From assembly GCA_030704615.1 (NCBI GenBank), contig CM060734.1, positions 22,072,001 through 22,136,000 on the forward strand: a stretch of 64,000 nucleotides of DNA, in the 5' to 3' direction. Shown piece after piece: positions 49,201 to 60,446 of this stretch. Source of the DNA: Takakia lepidozioides (lineage: Eukaryota; Plantae; Bryophyta). The notes beneath the pieces are model-generated. The model was not told where the DNA came from and ran no database searches. It saw nothing but the letters and a program-made list of their open reading frames with translations. Each line of letters begins with the position of its first letter. Position 1 is the first letter of the stretch. A program made the position numbers and the translations under genes.

Positions 49201-49782
49201 GTGGGCTCCATTAGCACCAACACCCTACAAATTCAATACACACCCTGCAAACAGCTGGGCCCGCGCATGGGAGAGACCTCTCGAGCCTTGAGCTTGCCGC
49301 CCTCGCCGCAAAGCTCCATCCAGTCCGCCAGCCACGGGCCCGAGGCGATGGCCGAAGCTGCCATCGTCGTCGATTCCAGGTTAGGGAATAGGCCTGGAAA
49401 TTCCAGACCTGCGTCTGCCGCCCTGCCCTTGCCGGGCATTCAAGGGGTTTGGGGAAGTGTGCCGCCCCATATTTTCTGGGGTATATTTCTTTCACCCTAA
49501 CTTGACCCAGGTTGCCATGTCAGCAACTTGGGCAGGTTTGGGGGCCAAAATGGCCTCAAAAAGCTGAGTTGGCCCCCTTCCCATTGGTCCAGACCCGTAC
49601 CCCTTCAAGCATTAACCAATTGGCCAATGCCGTATGAAGGGGGACCGATTTTCTATCGATTGAGCCCAAAAAAGGCCCAATCAGCCTTAACCACAAGAAG
49701 TTATGGTTGGTTAATCAAACCCAAGCGACCCAAAATGGGTCGCTTGGGCACTTAAGGGTTAACCAACTGAGCTACTGACTGT
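46264..49782 (-). mobile_element. tRNA-derived SINE-like element split by the piggyBac-like insertion (46264-46484 and 49763-49782)
   Basis: Removing the insertion gives GTCAGTAGCTCAGTTGGTTAAGTGCACTGAGTGCCACCCAGATGATTCTGGGGTGAAATCTTGCTACTTGAC: an A-box, a degenerate B-box and an A-rich tail at 46264-46290. Confidence 0.6.
46485..49758. mobile_element. Non-autonomous piggyBac-like DNA transposon (3274 bp)
   Basis: Perfect 17-bp TIR CCCTTAAGTGCCCAAGC / GCTTGGGCACTTAAGGG; TTAA at 46481-46484 and 49759-49762; internal direct repeats at ~48380-49050; no transposase ORF. Confidence 0.85.
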
Positions 49783-50269
49783 TGGTGTCATTTGTCATTT
49801 CATGCTCCTTGGCCAACTAGGGCTTCGCGTTGCTTCGCACTACGTTCAATTTGCACAAGAAGGGCGGGGTCATCCGCAGGCTGTTACATACACACATCCC
49901 GTGTTTCATTATTTCGCGCAAGAAGAATGACGGAGTGTTGCCGAAGCTATCATTGTTTGATGCAGATTAAATATTCTTTTGTTTGAACTATAGGACATAT
50001 TTACTACCATAGATGCCCAATGATGTGTTCAATGTGACTTTTATGACAAAATTCCAGTGACGACAAAGTCCGAACTGGTTTTAGCAAAGGGGGAGAATGG
50101 GCTCTCTTTCTCTATGCTCTCTTTCTCTCCTCGTAGTTCGTTTAGGCGCCAATTTCCGAGCTATATATGTCAAATCCGCGCACTTGCATCATATGCGCTG
50201 CAGGTGTGTGGAATGGAGGGTTTGGGGATGTGCGAGCAAATGATGCTGAAAGATGTGAAGGCGGACAGG

Positions 50270-51553
50270 GCCAGGAACAAGTTTTTGAAGACACTAAGGT
50301 AGGCTCTTTGAGATATTTAGGGTGCTGACATCCACTACAGCATTTGGTTTGGGGTGAAATCCTGTACATGTGAGTAACTATCACGGCTGATGATGGGTTG
50401 CACCAGTCGGCAATTGATGGGTTCAATGTTTGCATATTTGCATATGGGCAAACCGGATCGGGCAAAGCCTTCACAATCTATGGGACAGACAGTGATCCGG
50501 GGCTCACACCCCGGGCTATTCGGGGAGCTTTTCAACTGCGTGAAGCGAGATTCCAACAAATATTCATTTGCTTTGAATGTAAGGCTCTATGGTTTGTTCT
50601 GATATTGCGGGTTGATAGGTTTCTTCTTGGGTCCGTTGCCCTTGCTGTATATCGTTGTTTGTCCGGACTGAACTCTCCTTCGACTGCATCAGGAAGTCCA
50701 GTGCAGCCAAAAATGAACAGACAGATGATTATTGTAATGAGCAATACACTTGTGTTCACTGTAATTTCTGATATTTTGGTGAAGAAAGAGACCTGAAGAA
50801 CTTCTGATCAGTTTTTACGTCATAACGTACCATTTCATTTCACGCAAACTTGAGATCAAGAAGGACACTAGGTGCTCTTTCCTTGGCAAGTACCAGAAAA
50901 GTTGCCTTTGCTGCCTCTGCACTACAGTTTGGTGTCATTATGTGCAGTGCCTTGGGGAATGGTGTTCTTGGGGCTTTTTGTCGTCTGGCTGAAAAGGAGA
51001 GAGGGGTTGAATTGCTTGAGCTGTTTGGGCAAAGGGCAGGTGCTTAGGGATTAATGGCTGTGTATCTGTTGAAGGCCTTAGTTGGTGTCAGATGGCAGCA
51101 AAAGTTCAGACTTGTATGTATTTTTTCAATGTTATTGATGTTGAGAACTCTCCTCTGCATTTTATGACTACTGAGTGACTGGATATAGTTCTCTTACACA
51201 ATGTTAAAGAGATCTGAAGGATTATACTGTATCTCTTAGGTGACATACTGGGTTCTGTGCCTGATTTGTAGGTAGATTTTCAAATGGGGCAGAGATCAAA
51301 ACAGGTGAAGGGCTTAAAGTTCTCTTGCATCTTACTTGCAATTTGGACATGGCAGGGCATGGTGGTGGTGGAGAATGCAACTGTGCTGCCGGTTGCATCA
51401 CTGGAAGAGCTGGAAGCCATTTTATTCAAGGGCCTGTAGAAGCGGCATACCTGTGGCACTCAAATGAATGAAGAGAGTTCACGGTCACACCTCATATTGT
51501 CAATTATTGTTGAGAGCACCAACCTGCAGGATCAAGTCCTTGTGAAGGGCAAG
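50270..51553 (+). pseudogene. KCBP: Kinesin-like calmodulin-binding protein (kinesin-14) motor-domain exon fragments
   Basis: QEQVFEDTK then GT donor; [34 protein letters not shown] with a frameshift into KRDSNKYSF; GMVVVENAT...GL*KRHTCGTQMNEESSRSHLILSIIVESTNLQ with an in-frame stop. Flanking exons absent. Confidence 0.85.
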
Positions 51554-52267
51554 GTCTGTTTCCACAGATGTCTGGTCTGTTTTGGTTGCTTAAATGAACA
51601 ACCTGCTGTATTTGAAATTTTCCTATGGTTGAAGATGGAGATGGACAGAGGTGTGAGGCTGTGTGAAACTTGTGCTGGTAAGGGCCAGCATTGGCAAACG
51701 CTTGAGAGTAAACACGTGACTCCACTTCGACACTTTTCCACTATGGTAGTGAGAGAGGGGTGAAGAAAGGTTGGGTGTTCAGTCTAGACAGAACATCCAG
51801 AAAGCTCCCAAGATGATGAATGATGGCTTCCCAATGGACCCTTGAGCCACGCAGGCCTCAGAGAAGGTTGGTACCAGTTCCTATTGCAAAAAAGTTTCTC
51901 TCACTGGGTTCACTTGTTCCCATGCTTCTATCATGTACCGCAGTTGGGAAGTAAGGGTGAAGTAGTGGGCGTGGATTCTAAAAATAAGTTTGTGGTGGTG
52001 ACTGCGGCCATTTGATTGTCCTCAGCCCTGAGATAGACCCCAAGGTAATTCAAATGGTCAGATATGCTGTTGCCTGTGACAGATCTGCAAATATTTTTCA
52101 TATTTCTCACCAGGGCAGGTCTCCCCCAGTGAAGAGCCTTAATTCCACCTTGAGATTCCTGTGTGTTTTCCGTTGATCATAGCCACTTCCGTGAATGAAA
52201 GAGAGACAGGCTGCTTTGCAAGCAGTTGATGTATATTTGAAGTAAACACTGCAAAATTGTCTTTCAG

Positions 52268-52793
52268 TGTGCAGAATTGGGTGGAGGACTTGCGTTTTAA
52301 GCAGCTTGATCTTAACTATGCAGGTATCACTGATGCTATGGTAGGCATTGTGCTACCTTCTCTCCTGCTTCCCAGATCTATGTGAACAGACATAGATGCC
52401 CAATTTACCTTTGTTAATTTCTACATAGACTGGCTCATGTCATGATATTTGGTAAGAAAAATCCATCCTGTTAATAGAATGATCGCAATCTGAATGGCTG
52501 TCTTATGGTAGACTGGAGTCTGAAGTTGCCTAAAGAAAGGTGGTATGTGAATGTTATCTAGCTTTTCTAATCCATTAGCAAAGTTTGAATCTTAGAAACA
52601 GAGTTGTAGCTCATGTTTGCCTTCATGTCAGGTACATTCAGGGTTCTATATGGCATATCACAATACCACATTGCGCGGACGCATAGTTACCTCTGTTCAA
52701 GCTATACAACAGGAAACGGTGGGCCTCAGAATTATGGTTACAGGACACTCAATGGGAGGGGCCATGGCATCCTTTTGCGCACTCGATTTTGCT
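52268..52793 (+). pseudogene. Class-3 lipase fragment, two exons (52268-52340, 52632-52793)
   Basis: VQNWVEDLRFKQLDLNYAGITDAM joins VHSGFYMAYHNTTLR...VTGHSMGGAMASFCALD (GxSxG) across a GT-AG intron; no upstream or downstream lipase exons recognised. Confidence 0.8.
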
Positions 52794-53730
52794 GTACGTT
52801 TTCTCACTGATACGAGATTAGTACCAGATATTTCTGCATGCAGCTGGGCCCACTTGCAGCTTCATGCAATAAGATTTTACAAAGGACATTCAATCCTCCG
52901 TGCTTGCATGTTTGACTGCTGTCGGTTGCCTCATCAACCTCGCAGCACCAGTTCGAGTGGGCACAATTCCCTAAGACAGTTCCTCGAACATCGCATAGAC
53001 AAGGAATCCCAGATAGTTCAGAAGAAGGGCCTATCACTAGAAATAGTTAGTCAGTTAGTTAGTTTGTGAGTAGAAAAAATGAAGGCCAGGTTCTGCTTTA
53101 GCGGGGAAGCCAGTTTGGGTCCCTCCACTGATTTTAAACACTTTTCTGGGGTCGTATCTGACATGTCAACCATTGGACAGATTATGGAGGGGTGGCAATC
53201 GTCGAGAGCGGGAGGGCGGAGCTCCGCTCTCCCGCCGCCAGCCTTAGCTATTTCATGTAACCGCAACTAATCCTTTAGGGTTCTGCCAAATTTTTAACAC
53301 ATGTGTCTCTGTTTCCTCATTGTGTTAGTGATGCCGCTAGTTTAACCTCCTCTTCAATCTTAGCTTCGCTTGCCGCCATGGCACGGACCATTGCTCGTGC
53401 TCGCCCCACTGCTGCACTGCCGCCTCACCGTTCGGATCTCCTCTATCTGTCTAGAAAGCACAACCTTCTTCCCAGGCTCCGTTTAAGCTACTTTATCATA
53501 GTTTTCATTTGGTTCCAAATTGTTGATTTTTCACTGTCTGCTCACTACAGGGATACCACCAGCTCGCCATGTCTTAGTACCAAATCAAGCTTGTGACCAT
53601 TTTCTCTTGCATATAAAGTTACGCTCTGTAATGCAGACATATTCCCAGTTCCTACTACCTTGTAGTACCTGCGCTCTCATGACTGTGCCATCCAAAGCTT
53701 GCTTCATGCCTCACTCTATCATTATAAATT

Positions 53731-56630
53731 TTGTTCCCCCAGTGTGCCAATGTGTTGATCGACAGAACTGATATTGGTACCTCTGACCACTTCCTGGTTT
53801 GGACTGAGATCAAAAGGTGTTTTCCCACCACCAAGAGATCTGTGAAACGTTCGATTCGGAAGTGGCGCATAGAAAAATTCCACGATGAGGAGGTCAAGGC
53901 TGAGTACGTCCAGGCCTTGCAAGAGGCTCTCCCTCATTTTGTCCAATCGCTCCAAGAACTTCAGTCACGCTCTGTTAACGCAAGAAATGAAGTCAAAAGA
54001 GCAGTGGACTCTTGGGAGAGTTTCGTTTCCTCCGTGGCTGACAAGATCATTGGGAGGAAACTAATTGTCTGCGGTAGAGCAGTTAATTGGTGGACTAATG
54101 AGATTAAACTCAAGATAGCTGAGAGACGAGCCCTCTATAAAGAGTGCTGCAATTTGGAAACCAACAGAGAATTGTGGGCGAGGTACTACCAGCTCCGTAA
54201 AGATATCAATCAGCTTGTTAAGTCTCAGAAGAAATTATACTGGGACAAGTTATACAGTGAAATAAACTCAAACCACCATGGTGGTAATGACAAGAAATTC
54301 TGGTTGGCCCTTCAACGTTTGTACAAGCCGAAAAACGGTCAGAAAGTACAAGTGCTGAAGACTACTAAAGGTGCAGTGGTGACTTCATCGGTTGACATTG
54401 TCAAAACCTTTGAAACTCACTACAGTATCCTTGGCAGAACTTCTAGGTCTAACAGTGAGGGGTCTTCTGCTGAATGGAGGGACACAGTTGGAAAAACTGT
54501 TCCTATGATTCAAAACAGCCCTGATGAATTGGAGTATATTTCAATGGCTTATAATGCTCCCATTAGTTTTTCTGAGATTGTGGAAGCAATTGAACATTTA
54601 AATGGATATAAAGCTGGTGGACCTGATGGTATTGTCAACGAGCTTATCAAGCACGGTGACGATCCCATGATAGAGGCCCTAGTTCTCCTCTTTAACCTTA
54701 TCTGGAAGACTGAAATGATCCCCTTTTGCGGGCGACAGGGGGTCATTGTCAATCTATACAAGAAGGGTGACAGAGAAAAACCGGGGAACTACCGTGGCAT
54801 CACGCTCCTCAATGCTGTTGGCAAGACATTCTGCAGAGTTATAAGTACTCGTCTCGAGGTTGATCTGGAGTCTAGAGGTTGTTTCCACGAAGGCCAAGCT
54901 GGCTTTCGGCGAAACAGGGGCTGTGTGGATCATATCTTCACTCTAAGCCAGATTATCCAGGGAAGGAAAAAAGAAGGGAAACCCACTTATGTCTTTTTCC
55001 TGGATGTCAAAAAGGCTTATGACACAGTGTGGAGAGATGGCCTATGGTTCTGCCTCTGGTCTTGTGGGATCAAGGGAAAGATGTGGAGAGTTGTCCACAA
55101 CTTATGCTCACACCAAAAGCTGTGTCACTTTTAACGGACAGAAGTCCAACTTCTTTGACATAGACCAAGGTGTAGCTCAAGGATGTACTCTCTCCCCTCT
55201 GCTCTTCAATGTTTTCATCAATCAACTCCTCGAGGATGTGGAAAGTGAGGGATTTGGGTTAAGGGTGGGTGATACCACCATACCAGCCCTTATGTTTGCG
55301 GATGACTTCGCAGGCATAGGGGAGACTCCAACCAATCTCCAGGAGTTGATTGATTGCGCGAAGAGATACTTTGATCTTTGGGGGCTAGAGGCTAATGTCA
55401 GCAAATGTGCAGTGGTAGCATTCAACGACAGAGGAGAGGGAGGGAGTGATCTTAAGTGGCAGTGGGGTAGCCAAGAGATCCCGGTCCTCCCTTCCTACAC
55501 TTACCTGGGCGTTGAGTTCTCCTCCAATTGTAATTGGGATGCACATATCCGGAAAGTTGTTCAAACTGGCAAGGGCAAAGCTCTGGGGCTCACTAAATTT
55601 TCCACTGCAGAGGGGTCAACTCTGAGGTTAAGAAAACCATGCTTTGTCGCGTTATTAGACCTGCCTTGGAGTACGGATCTGCTATATGGGTTGATAACTC
55701 CAACCAGGCTAAGTCTCTAGAATCCATTCAAGTGGGGTGCTTAAGGAGTGTATGTCAGCATGCTCCAAAACAGCCAATGTGGCTGTTCGGGGTGAGTTTG
55801 GCATTCCGTCCTTAAGCTCCCGACGAGATGAATTCAAGGTCAGATGGTGGGGTCAGCTGCAACATATGCCCAAGACCAGATATCCTAAGTTAATCGACTC
55901 TATATCTTGGAAACAGGACCGCCCTGTCAAACAGGCTAAGTCCTGGCAGAAGAGAGTAGAAGAGATCCTCAAGGACCTGGACCTGGATCCGCAAGTCTTG
56001 ACCCTGCTGGATAAATCTGACTTAGAGGCTGTAGTGTCCTCAGCCATGTCTGTTGCCATGAGATTGTCTGATGAAAATGAAGTTAGGCAGAAAACTTCCC
56101 TGTTTCCAGTCTGTGACATGGGGGAGGACATCTTGGATGACCTCAAGGGTCTACCCACTCTCGGCACTAGACTGAAATTTAAACTCAGGGCAGGAAGCCT
56201 ACCTTTGAACAGCAAACAGAAGCAGAGAGGAAAGGGAGAGTGCAATTGCCCGTTGTGTGGGCAATCTGAAGACAGTATTCATTTTCTGATACACTGTCCG
56301 GGGTTCTCTCACCAAAGAGACGCTCTCTTCAAATCTATTAAGGGAATTGTGCCTGTACCCCTGTTTACCAACTTTGAAAGTCTCGAGGCTGAGCCAAAAG
56401 CCCAGGCCCTCCTGAGGCCTAGTTTTTGGGCAAATCACACACAGCAGATTGATGCTTGTGTGAAGGGATTTCTAGAGGATATCTTGAAAACCCGGATTAA
56501 TTCTTTATATGGAGGTAAGTCTTACTACCAACGTCAGCCCCTGACAGAGGTAGGTTCTGTCCCTTTTGTTCCCGCTCAAACTGGGCGCGGGGTCAATGGC
56601 CACAAGGCTACGGCAAACAACGTCTTATGA
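53731..56630 (+). mobile_element. 5'-truncated LINE (RTE-X/CR1-like): end of APE, RT, CCHC knuckle; two frameshifts
   Basis: TSDHFLVW, KAGGPDGI, NYRGITLL, QAGFR, FLDVKKAYDTV, GVAQGCTLSPLLF, MFADD, YTYLG, CPLCGQSEDSIHFLIHC. Clade assignment tentative. Confidence 0.9.
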
Positions 56631-57666
56631 GTACAATCTATCATTACAGCTATGTCCAAATTTACTAACTTGTACCTTCAACACTGCACACTGTTTTTGA
56701 CAGCTCGTTCCAATTCTCTTGACAACATCTCTACTGAATTCACTACTGGGATCACTACTGAGCTCACTACTCACATATTACATTGGTGTGATACCCACTG
56801 TGCCCTCACTTCCTATGTTCTCAGAGCCATTATCATTTGCTCCCTGACAGCCATCACATTCCCACTTCTCCCAGCTGCCTTCCCATAAATATTACACTCC
56901 TGAAAATACTGCCACCAACTAGGCCTTATACAGAGCTGCCCATGTTTACTCATAACACTGATTCAATGCTGGTCACTTTTCTCTCTGCTCAATCTATCAT
57001 TGAAAATACCCCAAGTGCTCCTCTACCAAATAACACAATTCCCAGAGATAATCTCTCGGGGCCTGCTTCTACAAAATTACTAACATGCTTGGTGGAGGCT
57101 GCAGATATTCCTATACAGGCTACCTTTAAGGCGAAACCTCAACCATGTCAGTTGCAAGTCAGTAAGCAATACTTCCAGTACACCAGTCCTCAGGTGTGCC
57201 TTAAGTATAACCGTCACAATACCGATAGCTGCTGTTGGTGGTGGTTGGGGTCTTACGCATTTAACTCTGCTAGCAAGCTGTCTCCAATCCTAGTACTTAC
57301 AGCTGACTCAGATTTCCTCCCATACTATATGTCTTATACATACTATGTCTTATACAGGTAACCACCTCGTCTCATCTACATATTTCTTGCTCGAATCGCC
57401 TTCGTGTACACCCCATGACTCCTCATCTATGTTGTGGGTTCTTGAATTCCCTACATATCCGCTGCTTATCAAGCCTGATGCTTTTAACTACTCTCGATTG
57501 GAAAGGTCTCATGCTACCTCACTTTACTGCTCTAACCCCCACAGTGCTCTTCTATGCTATTTCTCGAATGATTGCCACTCAATACACTACCACTTTCTTT
57601 TACAAACATCAAGAATTTTTGACTTCCGGAAGTGAGTCCGAAGTTCATACCTTCGGAGCTACTGGC

Positions 57667-57836
57667 TACCTTGGGAAAATGTTACCTTGGGAAAATGCGA
57701 CGTTGGGAAAATTGTTACCTTGGAAAAATGCTACCTTGGGAAAATGTTACCTTGGGAAAATGCTACCTTGGGAAAATGTTACCTTGGAAAATATTACCTT
57801 GGGAAAATGTTACCTTGGGAAAAGGAAAATGCTACC
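57667..57836. repeat. 16-bp minisatellite (ACCTTGGGAAAATG(T/C)T), about 10 copies
   Basis: Directly visible tandem repeat. Confidence 0.9.
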
Positions 57837-57924
57837 TCACTTTACTGCTATCCACATCATTTACTATCACTCATGGATTTACTCATTTACTATCACGCCT
57901 TACATTACCACTCTCTTTTATAAG

Positions 57925-58057
57925 CTCTTTCAAGTGATTGTCATCCATCACTCTCCAGCTCTCTTTCAAGTGAATATCATCCATCACTCTCCAGCTCTTT
58001 TTCAAGTGCTTATCATCCATCACTCTCCAGCTCTCTTTCAAGTGATTACCATCCATC
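57925..58057. repeat. 36-bp minisatellite, about 3.7 copies
   Basis: CTCTTTCAAGTGA.T.TCATCCATCACTCTCCAGCT in tandem. Confidence 0.85.
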
Positions 58058-58986
58058 CCGCACTCACCAAAGGACCAAAGATAGAAGGCGCAACGAACCT
58101 TCAACAAATAAAATCAACTCCTACACTCATACACCCCTAACATGCAACTGTCATGTCATTCATCTATCGATGCATTCATCCACGTCCCTGCCCAGAGTCA
58201 TCCATCCATGCTACTCGTCTACTCACCTTATAGCCCCCAAACAAAAAACCATAAGCCCCACTCGCACTATGATTATATCTTCAGATATAATTTTCACTGC
58301 TCATAGCTCGATGCTACCCTCAAAACAGTTCTACATCACTTATACTTTGGCCCTCCTGATCTGGAACAAATTTAACAGTGCTCATAGTTTGATTCTAATT
58401 TCTTGCAAATTATGCAATGCTCTTACTCTCCTTCCCAATACTGCTCAATACACATTAATCCTAGGTAGTCACCATCTTCAAATATTCACCCCCAAATTTC
58501 ATAATACTCACACCACCACTCTACCCATAACCCCCAGCTTCATATTAATTTCTACCTCTCTTCGATACTATGCTGCACCCATAACTTTTACGTACAACAC
58601 TCAACTTATTTATAGCCTACATAACATTCATAACCCAACCCCACCGTTTTATTTATATACCATGGACACCATACCAAGCACTCCCTTAAAGACCTCCTAT
58701 TTGGCTCCCATTCCCACACCAAATGTACATTACCCTTACCACCGACCCATGAGATTGACCCTACCCCCTACCACATGCATGGTGGGACGGTCGTCCCAGC
58801 ATGGCTCCCACCTGTGGTCTTCACCCCCTCACAAATATTACAATACTTCCATTGGGCTCTCCACGCCACACCATACACTCCCCTCTTTCATCTACCATTA
58901 CATCAACCCCCTCACTTCTTGCACACTATATATATATTCCCCCTCCCCACCGCCCCCCCCCCCCCCCCCCCCCCCCCCCGGCGGAC

Positions 58987-59432
58987 AACTGAGTACGTCA
59001 ACGCACTCAATTTCTTCATGATCGACGGTGTTGTGCGGGTCTGGATTTTCACCTTGGGTACCCGGCGGGTAAGGTGGGGGAAAAAAAAACAAAAAAACAA
59101 AAACTTTTTTTTCTTGTTTTTTTTTTTTTTCTCCCCCGCGCAGAACTGAGTGCGTCAACGCACTCAATTTCTTCATGATCATGATTTCAGGATGATCATC
59201 GACAACAGTGTTGTGCGGGTCCGGATTTTCACCCCGAGTACCCGGCGGGTTGGGGAAGGGGGGCAATGGGAAAAAAAAACAAAAAAAAAATCTTGTTTTT
59301 TTATTTGTTCCCACCCCCCGCGGAGAACTGAGTGTGTCAACACACTCAATTTCTTCATGATCATGTTTTCAGGATGATCATCGACGACAGTGTTGTGTGG
59401 GTCCGGATTTTCACCTTGGGTACCCGGCGGGT
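58987..59432. repeat. Three-unit array of hairpin-containing repeats with homopolymer spacers
   Basis: AACTGAGTGCGTCAACGCACTCAATTTCTTCATGATC...GGATTTTCACC..G.GTACCCGGCGGGT at 58987, 59144 and 59326. Confidence 0.85.
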
Positions 59433-60446
59433 TAGGGTTAGCGTTTTTTTTATTGGCGATTTTTCGCCATTTGGCCACCTGAAAATCCCCTTGGCGAATG
59501 AAACAAAGGGAAAAAAATGTCCAAATAAGGCAGTTTTCGCCAAAAACTGGGGGTCTCAAAAAGGTCCTCGCTTGTGGACCCACGGGGGCAACACAAATGT
59601 AGCCATGGCGGGCCCCATATAGGATGATCTGACGGGCCAGATGAGGAGTGGGTATGATTGTGGGGAGTGGGTATGATTGTGGGGCCTCCTCCGTTTCCCA
59701 TCCCAAGGAGATGCTCGTCGCCGGTCTTGCGAGAACTATACACCTCATTTGCACCAATTAGCCTATGGTTTTCACATAGAATAGAAAGAGTTCCATTCGT
59801 CCTATGGTTTTTAACTATTTCTGTACTTCACCTTCTATTGCTCATCAACATCCATTTGATTCGCAAAATATGGCAAGGGTGGAAATACATGTAGCCTACC
59901 AATTCGAGGAAAATTACCTAGAGTGGGGCAATTGCACTAGCCTACATCCAATATATATAGCCACTCCTACTCCTTTTCAAAATCCCTAAAAAAAACCCTG
60001 GTTAGGGTCCAGGTTACCTATCCGGATCCGGACCCGTGCCATCACCAAAAACTCGGACCCTTTGGACCTAGATGGGGGGTTCGGGTCCGGTTCCGGGTTC
60101 ATTTAGGGGTCTTCCGGTTTACTGCTCTCCAGGGTTGTTGCCGACTTTCCATAATGGATGGTTTCATGTCATGTTCAGGGTTTGTTTTTCATCCAAATAC
60201 AACACGGCTTCTTGTGGCTTCTTGTCTTAGAAAACAGTTTTTCTGGTTGGTGTCTCTCATTGTGGCTGTCTACGAAGTTTGGTGTATGTCATTCCTACAT
60301 CCTTTGCATGCATCGACCGCAATCTTTGGGTCAGTGCTACCCTTATTGACCTCAGTTTGTTTGGGGTGGATCCCCTTTCGAAAGTTACGGGCTATCGGTT
60401 CGGGGATTCCGTTGTGAATCGCAACTCTCGGTCAGTGTAGGAAAAC

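Noticed and set aside
56652-59021. Long ORFs 56837-57361, 57415-58140 and 58170-59021 as genes
   Set aside because: No recognisable motifs; low-complexity C/A/T-rich or minisatellite-derived frames.
58987-59432. CRISPR-like array and the ORFs crossing it
   Set aside because: Repeats are over 80 bp with homopolymer spacers; the F/K/P/G-rich ORFs are repeat artefacts.
59429-59441. Telomeric TTAGGG tract
   Set aside because: Only about two units; too short to call an interstitial telomere.
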